A stretch of DNA of 64,000 bases from the human T2T-CHM13v2.0 reference genome, Homo sapiens. The translations under genes and the position numbers were made by a program. The stretch lies in NCBI RefSeq assembly GCF_009914755.1, contig NC_060927.1; one strand, 5' to 3'. The notes beneath the pieces are model-generated. The model was not told the DNA's origin and searched no databases. It saw nothing but the letters and a program-made list of their open reading frames with translations. Shown one piece after another: positions 30,086 through 41,017 of this stretch (within the stretch, counting starts at the first letter, position 1; each line of letters begins with the position of its first letter).

Positions 30086-32916
30086 GTGTCAGCTAAAGGC
30101 CTCAGACAATGCTCCCAGAAGTCGCTCCTGTGCATCCAGCTCCACGCCAGCCCCACAGCCCCCAGTGCCCTTCCTGAGCATGAGCTCCACTTAGCAAGCT
30201 CCAGCTGGGCAGAAAATTGTTCCTTGGAAAAAACCTGGCTCATATAGACCTGCAATTGGCTGCTCAACATGAATGTAAGACCTCATAAGGGGCACAGGGG
30301 CTGCGTTGGTAGGGGCTCATGGCTTCTACTTGTCGGCCAGGACTCGGTTTGGGAGCCTGTCTCGGGCCCTGAGCCCAGACGGGGCCAACTCTGCCCAGTG
30401 TCTCACAGTGATAAGCTACCTCAACAGTCCTTGGACATTATGCATCACTGGACCATGCTGCTCTGCGGAGGTAGGGATGAGGCACCTCTGCTCAGGAAGG
30501 TACTCGAACAACTTGGCCTCATCCTCTTGTCCTAACTGTCCTCATCCTTCAGGGCCTGGTTTTTGCAGCCCCACTCCCCCACAACCACCTTCAAGAAGCC
30601 CTCTCTGATTGCTCTGGCCTTCAGGTCTCCTTGTGCACCTCCCAGTCTGCTCCCCACGTTGTTTCTCTCTCACACAAATATGTCGTTTTTCTGGTGTCTG
30701 TCCAGAGATCATGAAGTGGGGCTGCCCTTGTACCCCTCTCAGCACAAAAGACAGGCCTGGGCAGCTTATGCTCACTCACTCCAGGCTGAGTTCATTCATG
30801 CATGCATTCATTCATTTGACAAATCTTTAATGAGTGTCAGCTGTGTGCCAGGAGATGGCAAACCGCAGGGAACAGACAGACCAAGTCTTTGTCCTCATAG
30901 AGCTGACGCTCTGGTGGGAAAGGCAGAAAATAAGCAAAAGCAAAAGGAAATAAATAAATATCCAATCACACCCAGTGATAAAGGCTGGGAAGGAAGAGAG
31001 TGTGATGGGTATTTATTTCAGCAAAAGAGGTCATAGAAGGCTTGCTGGCATGCTCCTTTGTCCAAGTTCACTGCAAGACTCACCCAACAAGCCATCCCTG
31101 GCCCCTCAGGCTGGATCTGTGATCCCTCCTCATGGCCTTTAAGCACATGGCTATAATGTAATTTATGTGGACACATATGTCTCCCCTGCCAGACTGTTAA
31201 CACCTTCAGAAGAGTGTTTCTCTCCGAATCCTCTTGTTGTCCCTAAAACTCAAGAGTGAAGGACATTTGCAGCAGGCTCTGAAGAATAAGTAACTGGCCT
31301 GCAGGTGTCAGAGGTAAAGAGAGGGGCAAAAACATGGAGGTGTAAAATTGCACAACATGTTTGTCAAATGGGTTTCACTGGTTGATGTGGAGAAGACCTG
31401 AATATGGAGGGAGGGGAGAATTGGCAGGAGAAGAGCCTGATTGTGCCCCAATTATGAAGTGTCTTGAATGCCAGGGTATGCTATATGGACTCAGTCTTAA
31501 CAGCAGCAGGGAACCATACAGGTTCATTCCCCTCCATCCCCTGGCACCCGTCACATTCCCTACATGGAGAAGGTGATCAATAAATGCATATGGGATTGAA
31601 GGGCACTGGAGGAAAAGGACTGAGATAGTTCTGTGTCAGCAGCTGGGCAGTGACCAAGGGTGGTCTAAGTGGAGTCAGAGTGGTCAGCTGCCAAGAGTCC
31701 TCCTGGCATCCAAATAGCACTCCCTTCCCATCACAGCGTCGGAAATCACTCTGTTAGTGAGTCATTTATTAGGCGCTTTGGAAATGGAGCTCCCCAAAGT
31801 CTCCAGAAGACAATACTCTCTTAATGGTGATTTACTGCCAATGAGACCAGAACGAGATCCAGGGGGTGGGGGTGGGATGTGGAGTGGAAGATAGAGCCCA
31901 GCCTGGCAACTGGAGCTCGGTCACTTCCAGGTCCTTTAGAGCAAACCCTGACCTGGCTGGTGTGAAGGAAAGACACAGGGTAGAGCACCGGACTTAGGTT
32001 GTTGCTAATTCGCTAAGGGACTCAGGCAGCCTTTCTCCCCCTCGGAGCCTTGGTTTCTTCATTCCTGCAATGAGGCTGTAGGGGACCTGTGTTGTTTTAC
32101 CTGCTCAGCATTCAACTCGTCCTTTTCTGGAAGGTGCACCCCAGTATGGCTTTGGAGAACCCTCTCAGTCCATGCTCAGATGGGGCTGACTCCAACCTCC
32201 AGCCCCAGGCTTGGCTAATCTGAATCATGATGATTGGTTTAGTAATGAGTATATGACCTCAGCTGGGACAATGAGAACTGGACTTTTGGGAAAGGACTCT
32301 TTTATTCTCAGGGTAACTCAGCTGAGAAAATGGGATCCTGGGGTTGCCTATGACCACTTCTCCATCTTTGAGGACAGTAAGCCTGAGAATGAAGCCATCT
32401 AGAGGAAAGTAGAGATCACAAGTGGAGAAAAGAGACAGATTCCTATAGTAACACCAGTCGGGCCCCTGGATTCTGCCATGCTTGAAGCTAGTTCAAGTCT
32501 TTATATTTGTGGTTATATGGACCAATACATGCTCCTTTTATTTTGCTTAAGCCAATTTGGGGTGAGTTTCTCTCACTTGCAGGTGGCAAGGGGGATTACC
32601 TCAGGGAGGGGTCTCTGTATTCTGATGACTGTGTAGTTTTCTCTGGCTAAGCTGATTTGTGAGGTACTAGCATGTGATCAGGCTCAGTGAGGTGGGCAAG
32701 AAGGCCTGGTAAAGTGTATGGGGTGACAGTAGACACAAGCTGAGCCCAGTGGAGCACATATAATTCAGAAGTTGGCTGAGCAGAGAGAGACAGAACCTGA
32801 GAGGAGAGAGTGAATAGAATAGGGGGTAAACTAAGGCAGGAGAGTATCACAAAGGAGCAACTGTACACTTATAATTCACCAGGCAACCAGATGGATGATC
32901 TGAAAGAATAAATCAA

Positions 32917-33187
32917 GGTTGGGCATGGGGGCTCATACCTGTAATCCCAACACTTTGGGAAGTCGAGGCAGAAGGATCACTTAAGCTCAGGAGTTTGAGA
33001 CTGGCCTGAGCAACACAGTTTATTTTTGTCTCTACAAAAATAAAAACTAATTAGCCGGGCTTGGTGGTGCACACCTGTGGTCCCAGGTACTTGGGAGGCT
33101 GAGGTGGGAGAATCACTTGAGCCCAGGAGGTTGAGGCTGCAACCTGGGCAATAGAGCAAGACCCCATCTCAGAAAAAAAAAAAAAAA
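32917..33187 (+). mobile_element. AluJ-type with internal deletion in right arm
   Basis: gaggctgca joins directly to acctgggcaa. Confidence 0.88.
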
Positions 33188-33719
33188 GAAATCAGATTGG
33201 ATCTCTCCCCTCCTTTAAATCTTCTAGTTTCCCATTGCCTTGAGAATAAAATCCAAACTTCTTATTCTGCACAGCCAGCAAGGTTCCCATGAGGTCTGAT
33301 CCCATCCATCTTTCTCTTGCATCTCCCTCTGCCGTACTGCGTGCCCAGGCCTAGAACCATGCCGGAGACCTAAGCACACACTGGAAATATTTGTTGAATA
33401 AAGAAATCAGTGAATGAAATGAGAACTGAAAAGTATTTCTGGTGGATTTAGCACCAACAGTTATTGTTCAATTTGGTAAAAAATCTCCAGTGGAAAAGGT
33501 AAGGGGGAATCTGGATTAGAGAGATTTCCACATGGAATTTCTATGGATAAAAGGCAGAAAGAGTCAATAAATGGACTCTTCTTCCTGGAATTCCTGAGAT
33601 AATTTTTGTGATCCTGGGGAAGAGAAGATCTTCATTATTTTGACAACAAAAGCAGAATATAAAGGAAAGAATTGAATATATAACAATAACTACATAACTA
33701 TAATTAAAAAGCCACCATA

Positions 33720-34280
<561 letters not shown>

Positions 34281-34511
34281 TTAAATTAAAAAAACCCACC
34301 ATAAACAAAATTCAAAAGTAAACTCAGTGAAACTGCTTTAGGCCTGTCTGCAGCTTAGGGTTGTTAAAGACTCTTAACCATCTGCAGGACATCTATGGAT
34401 AGGAATAGGGAGCAGAGAGGCTTTGAGAGGGAAAAAGAATTCACGGAGGCAGGAATTAGGAAATCAGAGCCTACCTACCCTGAGACTCAATACACCTCCT
34501 ACAAGGAGTGT

Positions 34512-34662
34512 CGTGTGTCAGAGTGAGTGTGTGAGTGTGTGTGTCAGTGTGTGAGTTCGTGAGACTGTGTGAGTGTGTGTGTGTGAGACAGTGAATGTAT
34601 GTATATGAGTGTGTGTGAGTATGTGTGAGTGTATGAGTGTGTGTGTGTGTGTATGTGTGTAT
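34512..34662. repeat. (TG)/(TGAG)-rich tract
   Basis: Direct reading. Confidence 0.88.
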
Positions 34663-34911
34663 TGTGGGTGGCACTGGGAGTTAGAAATAGTGTACATACT
34701 CACCATTAAATTATCCCATTATTCATTTTCAAAAGCATAGCTGTATTAATCTGATAAGCAACTACAGTCTTGAGATTCAAGCCCATTTGCCTTATCAGAG
34801 AAAAAAATTGCACGCTAGAAAAATATATGCAACACACTGACTAGATTCTAAGCTCTGTGAGAGAGGGAACAGGGTCCTGACTTCTTGCCCTGCTGGGCCC
34901 CTGCTTTAAAG

Positions 34912-35411
34912 TGTAGGTGTCATTATTATTCAGATATGGCGAGGCCAACAGATCTTCGTTACTTACAGTTCCCAAGAGGAGTGGGCACACCAAGATCTGC
35001 AGAGCCATGGGGGAAGCACCGGGGTCAGTCAGGAGGCACAGGGAGTGGGTGAAAACAGGAGAGAAATCCTTTCTTCTGGCTTCCTCAGGGAGGAACGGAC
35101 GAGACAGTGTGAGCAGGTTTACGATTGGCTAGTTTGGATAATTTCAATGGGCTCTGGGTCATCGGGGCTGTCCCCTAGTTGTCTGGTACGTGGCCCTGAG
35201 GTGACTAGGGAGGGGGATAGTGGCCCTGAGTGTGAGAACTCCATAGAGAAGGTGGTGGGGAGAGAAAGCTCTGGATTGGTTGGTTTGCACATGAAAGGGG
35301 CGCCCCTAGGAGAGTTGTTTACTTTCTGGGAGGTGGCTAACCCTAGAAGTCTCTCCAAGGTCAGCAAGACCTCAGATGTCAAAGCATCAGAAAAAACACA
35401 TGGTAAATACA
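34912..35411 (-). mobile_element. ERVL-class solo LTR (MER74-like)
   Basis: Reverse complement starts TGTATT.ACCATGT...TTCTGATGCTTTGACATCT; collinear with 59982-60511. Confidence 0.7.
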
Positions 35412-35473
35412 ATCCCCAAGGTCCAGAACAGGTCCTGGTACTTAGGAAGGGCTCAGTAAATATTTGTTTAGTG

Positions 35474-35600
35474 AGGGAGAGAAGAAAGGATGGAAGGGAG
35501 GAAGGGAGGGAGGAAGGGAGGGAGGGAGGAAGGGAGGGAGGGAGGGAGGGAGGAGGGAAGGAAGGGAGGGAGGGAGGGAGGGAGGGAGGGAGGGAGGGAG
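35474..35600. repeat. (GGGA/GGAA)n homopurine tract
   Basis: Direct reading. Confidence 0.95.
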
Positions 35601-36035
35601 TTGGCTTGCTAAGGACACCGCAGAGGCCTCTACCATCCTCTCTGGTTCCATGGGCTGCAGGGGAGCTCTCCTGACTCCTCCCGATCCAACCAGGACCTAT
35701 CCTCCAAACAGGCCACTCAAATCCCTGATGATAGAAAGGCACCTAATGGGCTCACCAGGGAGCAGTGTTCCAGCCATCTTACCCTTCAGGAGGCAGTTTT
35801 GCCATGCATCCATGCTCACCAAGCCTTTGGTGCCTTAGGTGGGATTTCTGTTGTTCTTATTGTTGGGAGTTTTGGTGCTGTTTGTTTGTTTGTGGACAGT
35901 AATCCTGCAGAGAGAAAATTCAAACAGGGCTAAGAGCTGACAGTGAAAAGCAAGCCTCTCCACAACCCTCTCTGTCCTCTCTTTCCCTGGCTTCTAGGTT
36001 TCCTTCTGCATGGGTCTTGTCTAAGAACATAAGAA

Positions 36036-36353
36036 GGATATGTGTGGTGGCTCAGGTCTGTAATCCCAGCACTTGGGAGGCCAAGGCTGGAGGATTGCTT
36101 GAGGCCAGGAGTCCGAGACTAGCCTGGGCAATATAGTGAAACCCTGTTTTTACAAAACAAAAACAAAAACAAAAATCTAGCCTGGTGTGGTACTGGTGCG
36201 TGCCTGTAATCCCAGTGCTTTAGGAGGCTGAGGCAAGAGGATTGCTTGAGCCCAGGAGTTTGAGGCTGCAGTGAGCTAGTGATTGTGCTGCTGCACTCCA
36301 ACCTGGGCAACAGTGCAAGACCCCATCTCCAAACAATAACAAAACAAAACAAA
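36036..36353 (+). mobile_element. AluJ-type
   Basis: TSD AAGAACATAAGA. Confidence 0.9.
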
Positions 36354-36980
36354 AAGAACATAAGAGCCTGGCAGCCCATCTTCCTCACACTCCACAAATG
36401 GCAGCATCATATACACATAGTTCTCTACTCTGCTTCTGGGAGCTTATTCCACATGAGTGCATATGGAACTGCCTTATTCTTTTAAAGGCTGCATAGTACC
36501 CCACAGTTTTAGATGGGTCTTAGTTGACTTAAGTGTCCCCCTCCTGATGGACAGACATCCAGGCTGGTTCCAATTCTGGCTTGTATAAACCATGCTGCAC
36601 TGAATACCCTGAGGTATACATTCTCATGTATATAGGTGGGAGTATCTGTATTATGAATTCTGAAAAACAGAATTGTCTCATGGAAGGTACATATGTGTTA
36701 AATTTTCAGATTGCCACCCAAAAGATTGGATCAATTTACACCCTCGTCATTGTGTACAAAAGACAACAGGTCTATCTGATTTCATCTTAGCTAGGGTGGC
36801 ATTTCTTCAAATCCTGGAGTCTAGTTGGGAGACCAAGCCTGAGGTTTCATGTTTGCAGTGTCTCCCTCACTGCCTCTGAACTTTTTGAGGGCTGGGGCTG
36901 AGCCTCATTCACTTCTAGGCCTTCAGGACCTACCAAGGAGTCTGACACCATAGTGGGTGCTTGTTAAATGTTTAGAGATG

Positions 36981-37276
36981 GGCCGGGTGTGGCGGCTCAT
37001 GCCTGTAATCCCAGGACTTTGGGAGGCCAAGGAGGAGGATTGCTAGAGTCTAGGAGTTCGAGACCAGCCTGGGCAGCATAAGAAGACTCCATCTCTACAA
37101 GAAATAATAATAAAAAATAGCCATAAAAATTATGGTGCCTGGCTGTAGTCCCAGCTACTTCGGAGGCTGAGGTGGGAGGATCCCTTGAACTGGGGAGGTC
37201 AAGGCTACAGTGAGGTCAGATTGCACCACTGCACTCCAGCCTGGGTGACAGAATGAGACCCTGTTTTAAAAAAAAA
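36981..37276 (+). mobile_element. AluJ-type
   Basis: Full dimer. Confidence 0.9.
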
Positions 37277-37831
37277 GTTTCAAGATGGAGGCAGTCCCCA
37301 GGGCTAGATGTGGCAGTCCCACATCTGGGACTTTGGGAACTGACTCGGGGGGCAAGCTCCTTGGCACCCATGTGTTTCTCCTCCCTGCTTCCCCTCCCCT
37401 CCTTTGCTAGAGTTGGGTGAACTCCAATAGATTCCTGTGCAGGGGCTGCAGACTCGAATGTCCCTCCTCAGTGACAGGGGCAACACATTGGAAGACATTA
37501 GGGAGTGGTGGAGACTGTGGTGGCCGAGGGCAGCCAGGCTCAGCTCCACCTGGCTGTTGACAGGAGGAAATGGGGGCCCATTCTTTTTCAAGAGAAGCCA
37601 TAAATCCAAAATTTTCTAAGTTATCTTGGTTTTAAAATGTTGGTTATTCAGATTTTTTTCAAAACACTGTGGAAGTCAATCAAAATTGTCCATGAACTGG
37701 TTGTAGCCTACAGGCCGCCACTTTTGGAATTCTGAAAGCTTTCCTCTGGCTCCTATTACACAGAGGAGAAAACTGAGGCCCAGAGAAACGGAGGCACTAG
37801 CCAGGAATGACACAGTTAAGATTAGCACCCT

Positions 37832-38029
37832 GGAGCCTGCGGGGTGGCTCACGCCTGTAATCCCAGAGACGCAGGAGTCTGAGGCAGGAGGATGACTTGA
37901 GCCCAGGAGTTCAAGGCTGCAGTGAGCCGTGATCGCGCCACCGCACTCCAGTCTGGGGGACAAAGCGAGATCCCATCTCTTTAAAAAAAAAAAAAAAAAA
38001 GTAGAGCTCCGCTCCCACTTGCCCCCCAT

Positions 38030-38065
<36 letters not shown>

Positions 38066-38070
38066 CCTCT
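37832..38070 (+). mobile_element. Alu monomer (FAM/FRAM-like) with poly(A), followed by (CT)n at 38030-38070
   Basis: Single-arm Alu ending in A-run 37983-38000, at the 5' edge of the CpG island. Confidence 0.85.
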
Positions 38071-38378
38071 TGCTCTACTCTCGCCCGTCTGCGTTCTACA
38101 TTGGTTCTGCGGCCGTGTCCCTTTCGTGTGTGTCTGCCCTGTGTTTCTCCGTCGTCTCCGTGTGGATCTCGGTCTTTGTCTCGCCCTCTAGCTCTCTCGT
38201 GCGCCTGTGTTTAATCGTGCGCTTCTCTCAATCTCTCTGTCCCTCCCTTTGCCCCCTACACGCGTGTTCTCGTCAACAGATCTCCAGAGGTGGTGCAGAA
38301 ACGACCCCGCGCCGGCGCCCCATCCTGCGGCCAGTGCCTCCGCGCCCCGGCTCCGGTCCCCACCGTCCCCGCCCCAGA

Positions 38379-38562
38379 TTTCCGGAGGAGCAGGCGGGCG
38401 GGGTCCCGCGGGGCCGGCTGCCGTCAGCGCCCCTTCCCGGCGGCCGCGACCCCTCCCCGCTGACCTCACTCGAGCCGCCGCCTGGCGCAGATATAAGCGG
38501 CGGCCCATCTGAAGAGGGCTCGGCAGGCGCCCGGGGTCCTCAGCGCTGCAGACTCCTGACCT
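38379..38562 (+). promoter_or_regulatory. TRH: TRH proximal promoter: STAT element, GC box, CRE-2, site 4 (negative TRE/CRE), TATA, sites 5/6
   Basis: TTTCCGGAG 38379-38387 (about -142); GGGCGGGG 38396-38403; TGCCGTCA 38419-38426 (about -102); TGACCTCA 38461-38468 (-60); TATAA 38492-38496; GGGTCC 38534-38539; TGACCT 38557-38562. Order and spacing match the established leptin/STAT3, cAMP/CREB and thyroid hormone receptor elements of TRH. Confidence 0.9.
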
Positions 38563-38624
38563 GCCGACTGCGGATCCCGAGTCCCCGGATCCCGGAGCCA
38601 TCCTGTGGAGCCCACTCCTGGCAG
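38521..38624 (+). other. TRH: TRH exon 1 (non-coding 5' UTR)
   Basis: Starts ~25-29 nt after TATAA; ends at donor CAG|GTAACC (38624/38625); contains no ATG. With +1=38521 the half-sites GGGTCC (+14..+19) and TGACCT (+37..+42) fall at the positions described for human TRH sites 5 and 6. Confidence 0.88.
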
Positions 38625-38966
38625 GTAACCGCCCCAACCCCTCTCCTTCCGCAGACGGTGTCCGGGAGCACTGGAAAGGGAGCCCTCTCGGCCCGCCCTC
38701 ACCTTCGGTTCTCTGAGAGCTTCCTGGAGAACAGGGCCGGTGCACAGGCGGGCGCTGTGCTCGCACCCCCGGGTCCTCCCCGAGCGCAGGCCGGGGACCC
38801 GACGGGAGGCACGGCGCGGGCACATCGGAGGCTCTCGCTGCTGGGCACTCAGGTCGCCAGAGTCCGCAGCGCGGGGTGGGAGCTCCGCGGCACCCCCTGC
38901 CTGGGTGCCGCCGGACAGAGCTGGGTATTCAGGGCGTCGGCGTGAGAACCTGGGAGTTCGAATCCC

Positions 38967-39145
38967 AATCTCAACGCTAGAAATAGAATTTTAGCGTTGA
39001 AGTTAGGATTTTAGCGTTAGAATCAGATTCCTGGCTTAGTCATGAAAGCTTAGCATTAGAAATAGAATCTCAGCTTTGCAAATAGACTTTGAGCTTTAGA
39101 ACCTGAATCTTAGCGATAGAAATGGGATCTTCGCGTTGGAATGAG
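38967..39145. repeat. Degenerate 20-bp tandem array in TRH intron 1 (consensus ~RATCTTAGCGTTAGAAATAG)
   Basis: Nine consecutive units aligned by eye, eight of 20 bp and one of 19 bp; weaker units at 38947 and 39159. Confidence 0.8.
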
Positions 39146-39617
39146 GACGTCGGCCACGGAGCTTGGAGTTAGAACGTGGCGATGGGGACCTTTGGGGGAG
39201 TCTTGGCGGGGACGCAACCGTTAGCGTCGCGGCTGTGCCTGGCGCTGCAATCTCAATGGTTGCACTCCCGGCGAGGCAGTCCCAGCGTTGGCTTCCCCAG
39301 TTCCGCGTCACATTGAAGGGTGGCGGTGGCGCTGGCGATGGGGTTCCTACGGCCTCCTGCCTTGCGCAAGCAGAACTGGGCGCAGGCACTACAGGCACCC
39401 GTGGGGGCGAGGACGCCTAGAGGTGACAGGTGTGGACGCAGAGCCGGGGCGAACCCGCCGCTGCTCCCGCCCCTGCACGAGGGGCAGTGGTCCTGCTTCT
39501 GGGAGGGCGGTTGAACTGTGCGTGGTTTGTTTCTGGCGGGCGTCGGGGGAGATGGAGCGGGATGTGCTGTGATTCGGTGCGCTCAGGCTCCCTCTGTCCC
39601 CTAACCCAGACGCCGCG

Positions 39618-39828
39618 ATGCCCGGCCCTTGGTTGCTGCTCGCTCTGGCTTTGACCCTGAACCTGACCGGTGTCCCCGGCGGCCGTGCTCAGCCAGAGGC
39701 GGCCCAGCAGGAGGCAGTGACGGCCGCGGAGCATCCGGGCCTGGATGACTTCCTGCGCCAGGTGGAGCGCCTCCTCTTCCTCCGGGAAAACATCCAGCGG
39801 CTGCAAGGGGACCAGGGTGAGCACTCCG
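39618..39828 (+). CDS. TRH: Prepro-TRH, coding part of exon 2 (signal peptide and N-terminal pro-region)
   Basis: ATG 39618 gives MPGPWLLLALALTLNLTGVPGGRAQPEAAQQE...GDQGEHS, the recognised human pro-TRH N-terminus. Acceptor ...ctaacccag| with exon start 39610; donor CCG|GTGAGT after 39828 (211 nt, phase 1). Confidence 0.98.
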
Positions 39829-40109
39829 GTGAGTGGATGGGGCTGTTGGGGGCTGTGGGGCTAGGCTATTGGGAGAGCCGTGGAAACCTGCAGGCAAAGG
39901 GGAGGGGAGGCTTGGTCAGCTAGCCTTCTGCCTTTCGGAAGCTCAGAAACCCTCCCTGGCTGCGCCTAGGCGGGATCTGGAGTTGACCATTCCTCAGGGT
40001 CAGATTCCTCCCCTGTCTCAATGCTGGGAATATTTCACAGAGAGCAGGCCCTGGGTGGGGAAGCTTCTGTGTGCTAGGGAGAGAGTTTCTTTGTGTGTGA
40101 CAGTTTGAA

Positions 40110-40330
40110 TTACTACTGTCTAGGCACTTCTGTGCCAGACACTATTCCAAGCACTTCAAACACCTTATCACACTGTTTGATCTTCCTAACAACCTCTTAG
40201 TTAGGTACTGTTATTACGATTTTACACAGAAGAAAACTGAGGCTCCCAGAGATCAATTGAGTCGCTTATGGTCAGACAACTAGGGAGCGCCAGAGCTGGG
40301 ATTGGAACCCAGAGGCAATGCCTTTGACTA
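40110..40330 (-). mobile_element. MIR in TRH intron 2
   Basis: tgtgccagacactatt...ttttacacagaagaaaactgaggct...gagctgggattggaaccca. Confidence 0.8.
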
Positions 40331-40499
40331 TTGTGTGAATGTGTGTATCTGTGAGGCCTGAGGGGCAGGTGCAAGACCATGCCTCTGAGTGGGAGCTTCA
40401 GGAAATGTACCCTGCCTGGGAGAAAAGCAGGAGTGGGCACTCAGGCGCCTGCCTATTACATGGGTCAGGGGCCCCTCACTGACCTCTTTCCTTCCTCAG

Positions 40500-41017
40500 C
40501 GTCCCAGATCTTTCAATCTGACTGGCTCTCCAAACGTCAGCATCCAGGCAAAAGAGAGGAGGAGGAGGAAGAGGGAGTTGAAGAAGAGGAAGAGGAAGAA
40601 GGGGGGGCTGTGGGACCCCACAAACGGCAGCACCCTGGCCGACGAGAAGATGAGGCTTCATGGTCAGTCGATGTAACCCAGCACAAGCGGCAGCATCCTG
40701 GCCGGCGCTCCCCCTGGCTTGCATATGCTGTCCCGAAGCGGCAGCACCCAGGCAGAAGGCTGGCAGATCCCAAGGCTCAAAGGAGCTGGGAAGAAGAGGA
40801 GGAGGAGGAAGAGAGAGAGGAAGACCTGATGCCTGAAAAACGCCAGCATCCGGGCAAGAGGGCCCTGGGAGGCCCCTGTGGGCCCCAGGGAGCCTATGGT
40901 CAAGCGGGCCTCCTGCTGGGGCTCCTGGATGACCTGAGTAGGAGCCAGGGAGCTGAGGAAAAGCGGCAGCACCCTGGTCGGCGGGCAGCCTGGGTCAGGG
41001 AGCCCCTGGAGGAGTGA
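40500..41017 (+). CDS. TRH: Prepro-TRH, coding part of exon 3 (six TRH progenitor sequences)
   Basis: Acceptor ctctttccttcctcag|C at 40500 restores frame (G+CG=Ala, then SQIFQSDWLS). KR-QHPG-(K/R)R starts at 40532, 40622, 40685, 40736, 40838 and 40961; TGA 41015-41017. 211+518=729 nt = 242 aa plus stop, the known human length. Confidence 0.98.

Larger units (their letters stand above)
38080..39830. promoter_or_regulatory. CpG island over TRH promoter, exon 1, intron 1 and exon 2
   Basis: Visibly high GC and CpG density against a CpG-depleted background; boundaries approximate. Confidence 0.9.

Noticed and set aside
35045-35838. Overlapping ~200-aa ORFs on both strands
   Set aside because: Made of LTR sequence plus the (GGGA)n tract; low-complexity translation.
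37929-38945. 338-aa ORF (+) and antisense 211-aa ORF across the TRH promoter
   Set aside because: Starts in an Alu, reads through poly(A), (CT)n and a stop-poor CpG island; Pro/Arg/Gly-biased, no domain, ignores the exon 1 donor.
38947-39178. CRISPR-like or tRNA interpretation of the 20-bp array and B-box
   Set aside because: No unique spacers, repeats are degenerate, eukaryotic context with no cas genes; no A-box or cloverleaf for a tRNA.
39829-39923. C-terminal extension of the 101-aa exon 2 ORF
   Set aside because: Lies past the GTGAGT donor, in intron 2.
40379-40499. N-terminal 40 aa of the 212-aa ORF
   Set aside because: Intronic read-through upstream of the exon 3 acceptor; the true N-terminus comes from exon 2.
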